NCBI GenBank assembly: GCA_021373255.1 | Contig: JAJFTD010000027.1 | Coordinates: 27,109-91,108 of the forward strand | Length of the DNA: 64,000 nucleotides | From: a bacterium | GTDB lineage: Bacteria > Armatimonadota > UBA5829 | Reading direction: 5' to 3' | Shown: piece by piece, positions 35,778 to 46,839 of the stretch | Numbering within the stretch: position 1 is the stretch's first letter | How the letters are laid out: each line of letters starts with the position of its first letter | The notes under the pieces: model-generated | What the model was told of the DNA's origin: nothing | Databases searched by the model: none | What the model saw: the letters and a program-made list of their open reading frames with translations, nothing else | Program-made: the position numbers and the translations under genes

Positions 35778-38351
35778 GTGTACAGACGTACTCGTGTATT
35801 AATTCTCATTGCATTGGTTGCTTCTTTTTTGCTCGGTTCGATAGCATTTGCTGCGCAGCCGCCTCAAGCTGCCCAAAAACATTTCCAGGCTGCTATGGAT
35901 TATCAGAAAGCTGGAAAGTTTAACAAGGCACTTGATGAATATCGGGCTCTGCAGAAGATTGTCCCCAATTCACCTATTCCGCTGAACAATATGGGCATCA
36001 TCTACATGCGCATGAATCAGTTCAGCAATGCCGAATCTGCATTCAGGAAAGCTCTCGGGCTTGATCCGAAGAACGATTTTGCGCTCGATCAGCTGACCCG
36101 AGTGCTTGTTAGTAGGAACAAGAATCGAGAGGCACTTACTTATGCCAGAAAACTCCTGGGTAAGAAGCCGAAGGATTCCAGCGTGCGTTTCCTGTTTGGG
36201 GTAGTTAATCTCAGATTGAAGAATTATGACGCTGCGGTGGACAGTTTTAAGACCACTTTGCATATGAGCCCTAATAACCCTGAGGCTCTCTACAATCTCG
36301 GCCTCTGCTATGTGCAGATGAAAAAGTGGGGCGATGTGATCGAGACTATGGAGCGCCTTTCAAAGCTGACTCCCGGCATTGGCCAACCGGCTATGATGGC
36401 TGCTTATGCTGCTGAGCAGATTGGCGATAAGGACCGTGCGATTGGGTTCTATGAGTCTGCAGCCAACTCCAAAGACGCCGCTCTTCCAGCGCTGATGAAT
36501 CTTTCTCGCATCTATTCCAAGACCAACAAGGAAGATAAACTCGCTGGAGTACTGACAAAAGTAATCAAGCTATCGCCGAACGATTATAATGCGAACCTTC
36601 AGCTTGGAGCTATTTATTACCAAAAGAACAAGCTAAAAGAAGCTGAGCAGCGATTCCTTGCGGCTCGCAAGTCCAATCCCAAGGATGCTGCGATCAATGT
36701 TCGGCTGGCGTTGACTCAAGTTCGCTTAAACAAGCAGAAAGAAGCTCTTGCCAGTGCAAACGCCGCCCTGAAAGGCGACCCAAAGAGCAAGCCTGCAATG
36801 GAAGTTTACGGTTTCGTGCAGGAGAACAATCGTAAGGCAAACGAAGCAGTGACGATGTATAAGAAGTGGGAGCAGTATTATCCCACTGATCCGCTTCCGA
36901 ACCGTAAATTAGCTGCAGTTTATTGTTACCAGGGCAAGAGTGCTGATGGATACGCTCAGTATGAAAAGGCTATAAAAAAGGCTCCAAAGGATGTGGACAT
37001 TGTTCTGGACTATGCATCTGCGTTGGAGCAATCCCAAGCATTTGACAAAGCCACTGCGCAGTATAACAAAGCCCTGGAGCTTAAGCCCGACTCCGCAGAT
37101 GTTATGATGAAGACTGCGAATTGCCTGCGAAGGCAGTCTAAGAATGATGATGCTATCGCGATGCTCGAAAAGGCTATTAAAGCTGAACCTAAAAACGAGC
37201 AAGTCTACATAAATCTGGCCGGTATCTACCGGACGAATAATAATATAGACAAGACTGCTGAGCAGTATAAAAAGATACTGGAGTTCTCGCCGAAATCGGT
37301 GCAGGCTCTGAACGCGCTTGCAGGCGTATACGATGAGCAGAAGAACTATGACGGCGAGATCGAGATATATCGCAAACTTCAGGAGATCGATCCCAAGAAC
37401 CTTGACTATCTCTCCCGCGTTCCTGCAGTGTATGACCAGGCTGGGAAGTTGGATCTGGCTATAGAAGAATCCAGGAAGATTGTCCAATTTCAGCCCAAAG
37501 AACTGAGTTTCCGCGCTACGCTGGGGAGATACCTTGAGAAGAAAGAAGATTACGCTGGCGCTCTCGAGCAGTATACGGAGATATCGAAGAACGAGCAGCC
37601 TGATCCCAAGGCGTGGGGATTCGAGCACGCTGGTGCAATGCTTGAGAAGTTAAACAAGCCTGATGAGGCTATTGCATCCTATAAAAATGCCGTCACCACC
37701 AAACCTAACTTCGGTGGTTCTCTGCAGGCTCTGAAGAAACTTTACGATGCTCAGAAGAAGACTGATGAGTTCCAAGCTTACCTCGGCACTCTCGTCGAAA
37801 CCGGCAAGCCCGATGCGCCGTATCGTTTTTACTACGACCAGTTCAAAGCTGCCGGTAAGTCTGACGAAGCAACGAAGACACTTGCCGCCCTCGCTCAGAA
37901 GCACGCCGACAACTTCAATCTGCACGGCGTCCTTGCCTCTGCCTACGCTGACAGTGGTCTCAATGACAAAGCTGTGGACGAATACAAGGCGATCATTGCA
38001 AAGAACCCGAATGACGTAAGGTCGAATCGGGAGCTCGGCGCTCTCTACAAGTCGATGGGTAAGGATACGGAAGCGGTGGCTTGCTATGAAGCTGTAAAAG
38101 GATCGGTCTATGGCGATACCAAATTCACCCTGGAGCTTGCCCAGCTTTACGAAAAATTGGGCAGGACTTCAGACGCGATCAAGGCATATAGAGACTACAT
38201 CGCAATTGATCCTGCCAATCAGGAGATTAAGATAAAGGTAAAGCAGTTAGAAAGCGGCAACACCAACCCCGCACCTGCGGCACCTGCCCCCACGATTGAG
38301 GCAATACCTGGACCCATAGTTGCACCTGCACCCCAAACTCCAGCTCCTTAA
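35778..38351 (+). CDS. Large secreted TPR-repeat protein (at least 15 TPR units) with a C-terminal Pro/Ala-rich tail
   Basis: Signal peptide, then reiterated TPR consensus (W-LG-Y...A...F...A-P). The C-terminus is NPAPAAPAPTIEAIPGPIVAPAPQTPAP. GTG start with RBS AGGAG. The alternative start is the ATG at 35751. Confidence 0.8.
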   Translation: MYRRTRVLILIALVASFLLGSIAFAAQPPQAAQKHFQAAMDYQKAGKFNKALDEYRALQKIVPNSPIPLNNMGIIYMRMNQFSNAESAFRKALGLDPKNDFALDQLTRVLVSRNKNREALTYARKLLGKKPKDSSVRFLFGVVNLRLKNYDAAVDSFKTTLHMSPNNPEALYNLGLCYVQMKKWGDVIETMERLSKLTPGIGQPAMMAAYAAEQIGDKDRAIGFYESAANSKDAALPALMNLSRIYSKTNKEDKLAGVLTKVIKLSPNDYNANLQLGAIYYQKNKLKEAEQRFLAARKSNPKDAAINVRLALTQVRLNKQKEALASANAALKGDPKSKPAMEVYGFVQENNRKANEAVTMYKKWEQYYPTDPLPNRKLAAVYCYQGKSADGYAQYEKAIKKAPKDVDIVLDYASALEQSQAFDKATAQYNKALELKPDSADVMMKTANCLRRQSKNDDAIAMLEKAIKAEPKNEQVYINLAGIYRTNNNIDKTAEQYKKILEFSPKSVQALNALAGVYDEQKNYDGEIEIYRKLQEIDPKNLDYLSRVPAVYDQAGKLDLAIEESRKIVQFQPKELSFRATLGRYLEKKEDYAGALEQYTEISKNEQPDPKAWGFEHAGAMLEKLNKPDEAIASYKNAVTTKPNFGGSLQALKKLYDAQKKTDEFQAYLGTLVETGKPDAPYRFYYDQFKAAGKSDEATKTLAALAQKHADNFNLHGVLASAYADSGLNDKAVDEYKAIIAKNPNDVRSNRELGALYKSMGKDTEAVACYEAVKGSVYGDTKFTLELAQLYEKLGRTSDAIKAYRDYIAIDPANQEIKIKVKQLESGNTNPAPAAPAPTIEAIPGPIVAPAPQTPAP

Positions 38352-38385
38352 GAGCAGGGGAAGTAACTATAAACTACGCGCAAAT

Positions 38386-38422
38386 AAAAACGGCCCACCA
38401 ATTGGTGGGCCGTTAGTTTTTC
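38386..38422. terminator. Bidirectional intrinsic terminator between the TPR gene (+) and rpoD (-)
   Basis: AAAAACGGCCCACC-AATT-GGTGGGCCGTTAGTTTTT. Confidence 0.75.
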
Positions 38423-38440
38423 TATATAAGAACTCAAAGC

Positions 38441-39556
38441 TTACTCAAGATAATCTCTGAGCTTTTTGCTTCTGCTCGGGTGTCGCAGCTTCTTCAGCGC
38501 CTTGGCCTCTATCTGGCGGATTCTCTCCCTTGTCACTTTGAAGTGTCTTCCGACCTCTTCAAGGGTGCGGGAGTAACCGTCGTCCAGGCCAAACCGCATC
38601 TTCAGCACGTCACGCTCGCGTGGTGTCAGCTTGTTAAGCGACTCCTCGATCTTCTCACGCAGAATCAGGTTGCTCGCTGCCTCCGCAGGAGATATAGCTT
38701 CCTGATCTTCGATGAAGTCCGCCAGGTGGCTGTCTTCCTCTTCGCCGATAGGGGTCTCGAGGGACAGCGGCTCCGGTGCAATTCGGATGATCTCACTCAC
38801 CCTGTCCGGCGGAACGCCCATCTCACGCGCGATCTCATCCAGCGAAGGTTCTCTCCCGAGATCCTGCAGCAATTGGCTGGATGTCTTAATGTATCTGTTT
38901 ATTGTTTCGACCATGTGCACCGGTATTCGGATTGTCCGGCCCTGGTCGGCAATAGCGCGCGTGATCGCTTGCCTGATCCACCACGTGGCATACGTGCTAA
39001 ACTTATAACCTTTGCGATAATCGAACTTCTCAACCGCACGGATAAGGCCGATGTTGCCTTCCTGGATGAGGTCCGGGAAGCTCATTCCGCGCCCGGAATA
39101 TCTTTTGGCGATGCTTACCACCAACCTCAAGTTGGCTTCGGTCAGCACAGCCTTGGCTTCCTCGTCACCCGCCTCAATTCTTTTTGCGAGATGAATCTCT
39201 TCATCCATGGTTAGCAGCGGTGTTTTACCAATCTCCCGCAGCCACATTCTAACCGAGTCATCCAGCGGCATTCCTTCCATTTCGGCAAGGTCTACCTCTG
39301 CATGCTCAGCCTCTTTAGTGCCATGGTCCTCTTCTTCAAGCTCGTCAAAACCAGCGGGCTCTTTTACTTTTTCAACTACTCGAATCCCTTCATCCGCGAA
39401 GGTTTGCAATATATCATCAACCTGCTCCGCGTTGAGATCTTCATGGCTGAGGGTGTCGTTGATCTGATCATAAGTCAGAACGCCACTGCGTTTCCCTTCT
39501 TCAATTAGCTTCTGCAGCCTATCGCTGCCTTTTAACTCAACAGCCACTTCAGTCAT
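38441..39556 (-). CDS. rpoD: Primary RNA polymerase sigma factor (sigma-70 family, regions 1.2-4.2)
   Basis: Region 2 ([43 protein letters not shown]) and region 4.2 ([33 protein letters not shown]). The gene is downstream of dnaG (MMS-operon arrangement). Confidence 0.95.
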   Translation of the reverse strand: MTEVAVELKGSDRLQKLIEEGKRSGVLTYDQINDTLSHEDLNAEQVDDILQTFADEGIRVVEKVKEPAGFDELEEEDHGTKEAEHAEVDLAEMEGMPLDDSVRMWLREIGKTPLLTMDEEIHLAKRIEAGDEEAKAVLTEANLRLVVSIAKRYSGRGMSFPDLIQEGNIGLIRAVEKFDYRKGYKFSTYATWWIRQAITRAIADQGRTIRIPVHMVETINRYIKTSSQLLQDLGREPSLDEIAREMGVPPDRVSEIIRIAPEPLSLETPIGEEEDSHLADFIEDQEAISPAEAASNLILREKIEESLNKLTPRERDVLKMRFGLDDGYSRTLEEVGRHFKVTRERIRQIEAKALKKLRHPSRSKKLRDYLE

Positions 39557-39641
39557 CTCCCTTCAACTGGCGGAGCTCGATCAAGCACTCAATTACTAGA
39601 TGTATGCTCATAACGTCAGTTTAACTCAATATATCAGCCTT

Positions 39642-41468
39642 TTAGCGGCGCCATGGACCAGAAGTCTCCCGGACCAGCCGGGCCCATTCTTCATACTCCG
39701 GGTCCCCTCGCTTTATGGATCCTTCCTGGATCTTTTGAGCGAGTGCGCGCGCTCTTTGGCGCTGTTCATTCTTTCTATGGTCTAATATAACTTCTATCAG
39801 TTCGTCAACTGGATAGTTGAACGCTGATTCATCTATTCCTACCAGCAGGCCTGTAAGAAGCCTGTCTGCAGGAGTGTTTGCGACCTCAGATCGCAATGCC
39901 TCCTGATCTATTTTTCCCGTCTCGGAGTATACTCTACTCACTGCTTCCGCGAGCAGGCGCGTAGATTCACCACTAAACTCCTTCGGCGGAAGGGCATCAA
40001 ATACCTTGCCCGCATCAAGGTTTCGAAGAATAATTATACCCAAAAGGAGTCGCTCCGAACGCTCCACCAAACTAATTTTTACGCGAGGTTTTTGCGACGT
40101 CTGCGGTGACCCGCCTCGCTGTTGCCCAATTGCCGATGGCGAAGCGTTTCTGGATGCTCGAATCCTGATCCGGTTTATTTCACCACGTAAATGATCTTCT
40201 GCAAGAGTCGTGCCTGTGCTGAAGTTTGGATGATATTTTGCCAAATACCTGATCAGCCTCTCGCGTTCCACTGCACTTTCAACTTCAGCAAGAATGCCGA
40301 TAACTTCGTTTAAGGCGCTGACTTTTCCTTCATCATTATTTAAGTCATATTTTGCCAGCGCCAAACCCACGCGATAATCGGGTATCGGCTGCGCCCCTTC
40401 TATCAGCGACGCAAACCGCGAAGTGTCTCCGCCCCGCAGCATACTATCCGGGTCTTCGCCTTTGGGCATACTTAGAATACGTGTAATAAACCCCGCGCGT
40501 TCAAAAATCGGCGAACTTCTTAGGGCGGCGGCCATTCCGGCCGAGTCCGCATCAAACGACAGCACCACATTCTTTGTGAATCGTGCTATTAGATTTACGT
40601 GTTCCTCGGTGAGGGCCGTTCCCATCGTAGCCACTGTATTGGCAAACCCCGCCTCTTGTGCGGCAATGGCATCCATGTAGCCCTCGACAACAAGCAGCCG
40701 ATCCTGAGAAACCGCCTCTCGCCGTGCAAAGTTCAACCCATATAGGGTCTTGTTCTTAATGAACAGCGCGGTTTCCGGTGAGTTCAGGTATTTCGGTTCA
40801 CCTTCACCGATTATTCGCCCACCGAAGGCAATTATCCTCTCTGATGTATCCAAAATCGGGAAGATCAGCCGGTCGCGAAAACGGTCGTAGAACCCCTGCG
40901 AGTTCTCTCTTGGCACGATCAGCCCCGCCTTCACTGCGTCTGCAGGGCTTACTCGCTGCTGCCTGAGATGATTGGTAAGCGCATCCCATTCAGAGGGAGC
41001 ATATCCAAGGCGATACTTGTCTACTGTTGTGTCTGTGAGCCCACGCTTCGCCAGATACTGTTTTACCTTTGAAGACCGCGCTAACATGGACCTAAAGAAC
41101 GAGCACGCGATGTTGTTCGCCCTGATTATGCAATCTCTCTCACTGAGTTCTTTTGCAATTTTTTCAGAGTGCTCAATTTCGATCCCAACTTTGCGTGCGA
41201 GCAGTTCCGCGGCTTCGGAAAACGTCAGGCTATCTATCTTCTGAACAAAAGAAAAGACGTCTCCTCCTTCGCCACACCCGAAGCATTTCCACAACTGGCG
41301 TTCCGGGTCCACGTGAAAGGAGGGCGTCTTCTCATTGTGAAAAGGGCACAGCCCTTTGAATGTCCTGCCGGTTTTCCGTAGTGCGACGTGGGCAGAGATG
41401 ATCTCCACCAGGTCGCACCGTTCGCGGATTTCCTCCACGGGGTAACGGAAGGAGTTCAACTTCATCAC
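39642..41468 (-). CDS. dnaG: DNA primase
   Basis: Zinc-binding domain (CPFHNEKTPSFHVDPERQLWKCFGCGEGGD). TOPRIM region (LLVVEGYMDAIA...FDADSAG). C-terminal helicase-interaction domain. Confidence 0.9.
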   Translation of the reverse strand: MMKLNSFRYPVEEIRERCDLVEIISAHVALRKTGRTFKGLCPFHNEKTPSFHVDPERQLWKCFGCGEGGDVFSFVQKIDSLTFSEAAELLARKVGIEIEHSEKIAKELSERDCIIRANNIACSFFRSMLARSSKVKQYLAKRGLTDTTVDKYRLGYAPSEWDALTNHLRQQRVSPADAVKAGLIVPRENSQGFYDRFRDRLIFPILDTSERIIAFGGRIIGEGEPKYLNSPETALFIKNKTLYGLNFARREAVSQDRLLVVEGYMDAIAAQEAGFANTVATMGTALTEEHVNLIARFTKNVVLSFDADSAGMAAALRSSPIFERAGFITRILSMPKGEDPDSMLRGGDTSRFASLIEGAQPIPDYRVGLALAKYDLNNDEGKVSALNEVIGILAEVESAVERERLIRYLAKYHPNFSTGTTLAEDHLRGEINRIRIRASRNASPSAIGQQRGGSPQTSQKPRVKISLVERSERLLLGIIILRNLDAGKVFDALPPKEFSGESTRLLAEAVSRVYSETGKIDQEALRSEVANTPADRLLTGLLVGIDESAFNYPVDELIEVILDHRKNEQRQRARALAQKIQEGSIKRGDPEYEEWARLVRETSGPWRR

Positions 41469-41520
41469 CTGCCGGTGTTGATTAATATACAGCCACCTAA
41501 GGATAGCCGCAGTAAGAAAG

Positions 41521-42342
41521 CTACTTTTGTGTAATTTCTGTGGGAACCATCGCGACGGTTACACCAACAAGTTTATTATTGAGGAACGTGAACAGCGCCC
41601 GATTTTTATTGACGTAGCTCACCCTCAGGAACCGCCCGACATATGTCTGAGATTCGGGATAACCGCATACCCAAAGCACCAGCTTATAGGTATCACCCAA
41701 CTGCAGGCCGGTCCTGGTCTTGGAAAGACCCCAAGGTCCGCGACCGCCGGTGGTTATCTGTGTAACGAGACCGTCGGTAACAATAAACTCCAGCGTAATT
41801 CCGCTTGGGAGGTCATATGTCCACGTCACTTCTTCTTCGCCAAGCGCGGCACTTGTGCTGCCACTGGACTGCTGTGTGGGCGCTGAGGGCATCCCCGGCA
41901 TTCCAGGCATCCCTGGCATACCAGGTATTCCGGGAGCAGACATCCCCGGCAGGCCAGGCAGGCCTCCACCAAGTGAAGACGGCGCCATTCCAAGCAGATT
42001 AGCCGCACTAGCAAGACCCGGCATTGGTGCTGCGGGTGTTTGAGTATCAGCCCCCTGGGCCTCAACTGAACTAGTTCCTACGGTAATCCTGCTCGGGTTG
42101 CCCCATTTAGACAGGACTTCCTTAGCCGGTCGACCCAGCTTGATACCGGCAAGCGTGGATTCGGGCAGATTGCTGCTGTGGAACGAGCGTCCCGATGCTA
42201 TTGCAGAGCCCTTCACTATCTTTGCCGGCACATAAAGTTTGCCATAACTAGCTTTCTTTGCGGCAAAAGATGTGCCTGAAGCTACCATCAATACAAATAC
42301 GGCTGCCGCAACACCGGCAGACGCCTTTCGAAGCAAGTACAT
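41521..42342 (-). CDS. Hypothetical secreted protein with an internal (G-M/I-P) low-complexity tandem repeat
   Basis: Signal peptide MYLLRKASAGVAAAVFVLMVASGTSFAA, and the repeat GLPGLPGMSAPGIPGMPGMPGMPGMP encoded by roughly 9-nt periodic DNA repeats at 41890-41950. RBS GGGAG. Confidence 0.45.
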   Translation of the reverse strand: MYLLRKASAGVAAAVFVLMVASGTSFAAKKASYGKLYVPAKIVKGSAIASGRSFHSSNLPESTLAGIKLGRPAKEVLSKWGNPSRITVGTSSVEAQGADTQTPAAPMPGLASAANLLGMAPSSLGGGLPGLPGMSAPGIPGMPGMPGMPGMPSAPTQQSSGSTSAALGEEEVTWTYDLPSGITLEFIVTDGLVTQITTGGRGPWGLSKTRTGLQLGDTYKLVLWVCGYPESQTYVGRFLRVSYVNKNRALFTFLNNKLVGVTVAMVPTEITQK

Positions 42343-42510
42343 TGAACCTAACTCCCTAGAGAAAAGCTGTGTTATCTTTGATTCATTTGCTTTTGAAACA
42401 ACACGCACTCTATATGCTCTTATACTCCGCATCAACAATCTCCTTCGTGGCTGGCCCGATTTTTGATCTGTGTATTTTATTTAATCGTGAACACTGCAGA
42501 CGAAGCCACT

Positions 42511-44295
42511 TTATTTAGCAATGCGCACCATATCGGCTATAGTAACAAACTCATAGCCCCTTTTTCTAAGTGCATCAATAATCCCCGGCAATGCTTGAAA
42601 GGTGACCCCTTCAAAGTTATGCATAAGTATTATGCCGCCGGGTCTTGCAGTTGCGACCACATAATTCTGCATTTTTTGTCGATTAGTGCCTTCTTCACCG
42701 GCACAATTTGTGCTCCAATAGACCGCCTGCATTCCAAACTGCTTCATAACTGCCGGCAGCTTCTTACCCGCATGTGCCCCTGGGGGCCGCAGGAAGCTCG
42801 TTCCATGCCCGGTAATCGAGCGCACCATCACCGCACACGCAGCCACTTCCCGTTGGATTTCCTCGGTTGACAGATACTCCAAAGCACGATGATTATATGT
42901 ATGATTCTGAATATCATGCCCCTCGGCTGACATTCGCTTCAGCACGTCTGGGAAAGCCGCCACCTGCTTACCCACCACAAAGAACGTCGCCTTGACGCCT
43001 TTCGCCTTGAGCACGTCCAATAGCTTGGCGGTATCTTTCTTTGGTCCATCATCAAACGACAGCGCTATCAGTTTTTTGCTCGTTTGCACTTCAAACAGCT
43101 TCGCCTCTGTGCCCGACGATGCTTTTAGGCGCGAAAGCTGGTCCACAGAGTCAAGATACTCTGGATCAGCGGCTATTGCGCGTTCCAGTGCAGCCAGCGA
43201 GATGTCTTCTTTGCGGATTTTCATTGCACACTGGGCCAGGTTGTAGTTAATTGCAGCCCGGGATGGCTTGAGCACCATCATACCCCATAACCTGTCCCAA
43301 AGTTTTGCCGATTCTGCCGGATCGATATTCTTCGGCTCGGGCGATGCCACGATGTTCTTTACAGCAACGCCCATTGTCTTTTCGCTCACGATTGAGCCTA
43401 CATCATCCATCCCCTGGATTTTCACTGTATGCGTGCCGTTTGCCACATCAGTGGTATCCCACGAATACGTAAAGGGTGGGTTGTTCGTAATCCCCACCAG
43501 CCTGTCATCCACAAAGAACGAAACCATAATCACGCTGCGAGCTTTTCTCAAGTCAGCCCTCAGCGAGATAATACCGGAGACTGTCGGCAGGTTGCTCACC
43601 CCCACCGGCGCCGACGCCTGATGCAACTCAGCCGGTTTGATCGGCCAGTTCGGCGTCGCAACGGGCCCACTGCGCAGAAATGTCATCGAACACCCGAGTC
43701 GCTCGCCAAACGGGCTTCCTGTTACCTTAGACTGTAGATCGCTCCAAACTGCCAGCGCATCGGAATGCCGCCCCTGGCTCATCAGCCATATCGCATTCAT
43801 CGCTTGTGCCGCCTGGTCCTCGGTATCAGGAGTGTTGCTGTAAGAGCCCGATACTATCGATTTTACATAAGCAATTGCGCCAGAAGCGTTGATCTCAGAA
43901 TTCTTGGTCTGAGCGTCGGCAAAGCATGCCGCCGCTTTGCTGAACTGCCGTTTGCTCAGATATACCAGCCCTTTACCGTATATGGCCTGAGCGCACTTTT
44001 TATCCATTCCCTGCGCGATTCCGAACTCGGCTGCTGCGTCGTCGAGGCGATTTCCGCACATCAGTGCGAATCCCATCGCCACGTGCGCCAGCGGATCGTT
44101 CGCGTTGACTCCCAGGGCCTTCTTTAGACCAATTACAGCTTCCTGTGACCCACCGGTCTGAAGTGCGTCCAACGCACCTGACACGCGCTCCAAATACTCC
44201 TCAGGCGCACCAAAACCCGCACTGCTACTAATTGAGAGCAGCGCTATGATTATCCACAACAAATAAGTGTATTTCAACACATCCAAAATATGCAA
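42511..44295 (-). CDS. Secreted multidomain protein with N-terminal TPR repeats, an Ig-like domain, and a C-terminal CE4 (NodB-type) polysaccharide deacetylase
   Basis: The C-terminus has LSFDDGPKKDT...HTYNHRAL... (the NodB homology motifs). TPR-like helices are in the N-terminal half. Confidence 0.75.
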   Translation of the reverse strand: MHILDVLKYTYLLWIIIALLSISSSAGFGAPEEYLERVSGALDALQTGGSQEAVIGLKKALGVNANDPLAHVAMGFALMCGNRLDDAAAEFGIAQGMDKKCAQAIYGKGLVYLSKRQFSKAAACFADAQTKNSEINASGAIAYVKSIVSGSYSNTPDTEDQAAQAMNAIWLMSQGRHSDALAVWSDLQSKVTGSPFGERLGCSMTFLRSGPVATPNWPIKPAELHQASAPVGVSNLPTVSGIISLRADLRKARSVIMVSFFVDDRLVGITNNPPFTYSWDTTDVANGTHTVKIQGMDDVGSIVSEKTMGVAVKNIVASPEPKNIDPAESAKLWDRLWGMMVLKPSRAAINYNLAQCAMKIRKEDISLAALERAIAADPEYLDSVDQLSRLKASSGTEAKLFEVQTSKKLIALSFDDGPKKDTAKLLDVLKAKGVKATFFVVGKQVAAFPDVLKRMSAEGHDIQNHTYNHRALEYLSTEEIQREVAACAVMVRSITGHGTSFLRPPGAHAGKKLPAVMKQFGMQAVYWSTNCAGEEGTNRQKMQNYVVATARPGGIILMHNFEGVTFQALPGIIDALRKRGYEFVTIADMVRIAK

Positions 44296-44585
44296 ACCGG
44301 AGATAATCCGGCGTTATTCTCCTTGCCAGTAGTATGACGACACAAGGCACCGAATAGTTCGGCAATTCTTCTGCGGCTCTGGGGGATACAAAGCCTTAAA
44401 CCTTACGAAACATTCAGGAAACAATTTCTAGAGATAATAGTTGCAAAGTTTACCGGTCCGGTGCTATAAATTGTAGCATGGATATGCAAGGGCGCATCTC
44501 ATACTGGCTATGTGAGCCTGGACTCTAACCCGTGCTATTAATGATAATGCGGGCTAACACAGTAGCGAGAGAGGAACAGCAGCAA

Positions 44586-46700
44586 ATGAGTAATGGAATC
44601 GAAAGCGAGTCGGTCAGCAATGTATACGGCTCCAATGTCTTTAACGAAGCGATCATGCACGAGCGACTGCCAAAGGATGTATACAAGTCTCTGAAGCGCA
44701 CGATCGACGAGGGCGCGCCCCTTGATCCCTGCATTGCCAATGTAGTGGCCAGTGTAATGAAGGATTGGGCCATCGAAAAGGGTGCAACGCACTTTTGTCA
44801 CTGGTTCCAACCGATGACTGGAGTTACCGCCGAGAAGCATGATGCTTTTATTTCCCCAACGGTTGATGGACGCACCATTCTTGAATTCAGCGGCAAAGAG
44901 CTGGTTAAGGGCGAACCTGATGCCTCTTCATTCCCGTCAGGCGGGCTTAGGGCCACTTTCGAGGCTCGCGGCTATACAGCATGGGATTGCACTTCTCCGG
45001 TCTTTGTAAAAGAGAACGGCGCAAATATATCCCTTTACATCCCGAGCGCGTTCTGTTCATATACCAGCGAGGCACTCGATAAGAAAACCCCTCTGCTGCG
45101 CTCTATGGATGCCCTCAACAAGCAGTCTATGCGTGTGCTGCGCGCCCTTGGCAACACAACTTCCCATCGCGTGGCTGCGACACTCGGCCCGGAACAGGAA
45201 TACTTCCTTGTAGATGCCGAGTTCGCCAAGGACCGCCTGGACCTGACCCTCACCGGCCGCACTCTGTTTGGAGCGCCTTCGCCCAAGGGCCAGGAGATGG
45301 AAGACCACTACTTCGGCGCTATCCATGAGCGCATCGGTTCGTATATGCGCGAATTGAACCAGGAACTGTGGATGCTGGGTGTAGCTGCCAAGACGCAGCA
45401 TAATGAAGTCGCCCCGGCTCAGTATGAGTTGGCCCCGATTTTCGCGACTGTAAATGTCGCCACCGATCACAACCAGCTTACCATGGAGACTATGCAGAAG
45501 GTGGCTATCCGCCACGGTTTTGTCTGCTTGCTTCACGAGAAGCCGTTCGCCGGTGTGAATGGAAGTGGCAAGCATAACAACTGGAGTGCTGTTACTGATG
45601 ACGGTATCAACCTGCTTGAGCCAGGTAGCTCACCGCACGACAACGAGCAGTTCCTGATCTTCCTGATGGCTGTTATCCGCGCGGTTGATAAGAATGCCAA
45701 AATGCTGCGCGCAAGCGTCGCCACCTCGGGTAACGACCATCGTCTCGGCGCGAATGAAGCTCCGCCTGCGATCGTATCGATTTTCCTTGGCGACCAGCTC
45801 ACTGACATCTTCAAGCAGCTCGAAGTTGGTGGAGCCACCAGTTCCAAGGCCGGTGGCGAGTTGAAGCTGGGTGTAAGCACCCTGCCCAAACTCCATAAGG
45901 ACTGCACCGACCGCAACCGCACTTCGCCGTTTGCGTTCACAGGCAACAAGTTCGAGTTCAGAATGGCTGGCTCCTCACAGTCAACCGCCGGCCCGAACTT
46001 TGTATTGAACACGATCATCGCCGATGTTCTCTGCGAGATCGCTGATGAGTTGGAGAAGGCTTCCGATGTAAGCGTCAAGGCTCAGGAAATTCTTCAGAGA
46101 TTTGCCAATGAGCACAAGAAGATCATCTTTAATGGCGACAACTACACCAAGGAATGGGAAAAAGAAGCCGAGAAGCGCGGTCTTCCAAACATTCGCAACT
46201 CCGTAGACAGCCTTGAAGCGATGATCGACCCTGAAGTAGCCAGGCTGTTCGAGACTCACGGTGTTCTCACCAATGGCGAACTGCATGCCCGTTATGAGAT
46301 TCTCCTTGAGAGATATGTTAAGGAGATCAACATCGAGGGCCTTACCGCTGTGCATATTGCCAAGAGGCAGATCATGCCCGCAGCGATTGAATATTCAGGT
46401 ATGGTAGCTAATGCTCTGAACGCGACCAAGGCCGCCGGTGTTACATCCAAGGCTCAAGCCAAGCAGCTCAGTGATGTGGCAGCATTGATCGATGAACTCC
46501 AGGTCGGTATAGTGAGCCTGGAAGAGGCTGTTGAGAAGGCTTCTGATGTTGATGGCGTGAAGAAGCAGGCCATTGCCTACCGCGATCTGGTCATCCCCGC
46601 AATGAGCACCCTACGCGCGGTTGTAGACCAACTCGAGACAATGGTCGATGCGTCCATCTGGCCGCTGCCGACTTATGCTCAGATGCTTTTCGTGCGCTGA
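44586..46700 (+). CDS. glnN: Type III glutamine synthetase
   Basis: About 705 aa. The N-terminus MSNGIESESVSNVYGSNVFNEAIMHERLPKDVYKSLKRTIDEG matches the GSIII N-terminal domain, and there is a GS catalytic core. Start trimmed to the ATG after GAGGAA. Confidence 0.85.
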   Translation: MSNGIESESVSNVYGSNVFNEAIMHERLPKDVYKSLKRTIDEGAPLDPCIANVVASVMKDWAIEKGATHFCHWFQPMTGVTAEKHDAFISPTVDGRTILEFSGKELVKGEPDASSFPSGGLRATFEARGYTAWDCTSPVFVKENGANISLYIPSAFCSYTSEALDKKTPLLRSMDALNKQSMRVLRALGNTTSHRVAATLGPEQEYFLVDAEFAKDRLDLTLTGRTLFGAPSPKGQEMEDHYFGAIHERIGSYMRELNQELWMLGVAAKTQHNEVAPAQYELAPIFATVNVATDHNQLTMETMQKVAIRHGFVCLLHEKPFAGVNGSGKHNNWSAVTDDGINLLEPGSSPHDNEQFLIFLMAVIRAVDKNAKMLRASVATSGNDHRLGANEAPPAIVSIFLGDQLTDIFKQLEVGGATSSKAGGELKLGVSTLPKLHKDCTDRNRTSPFAFTGNKFEFRMAGSSQSTAGPNFVLNTIIADVLCEIADELEKASDVSVKAQEILQRFANEHKKIIFNGDNYTKEWEKEAEKRGLPNIRNSVDSLEAMIDPEVARLFETHGVLTNGELHARYEILLERYVKEINIEGLTAVHIAKRQIMPAAIEYSGMVANALNATKAAGVTSKAQAKQLSDVAALIDELQVGIVSLEEAVEKASDVDGVKKQAIAYRDLVIPAMSTLRAVVDQLETMVDASIWPLPTYAQMLFVR

Positions 46701-46729
46701 TTGTAGAGTTCGTATACACTGAACCAAAT

Positions 46730-46756
46730 AGCCGGGGCATTTGCCCCGGCTATTTG
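46730..46756 (+). terminator. Intrinsic terminator after glnN
   Basis: AGCCGGGGC-ATTT-GCCCCGGCT followed by ATTTG. Confidence 0.6.
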
Positions 46757-46839
46757 CATATCAACCATAAACTGGCTGACAACCATCACCTATTAGGCGT
46801 AGAATAGATATGAAATTTGCAAGAGATATGGAGATATAA

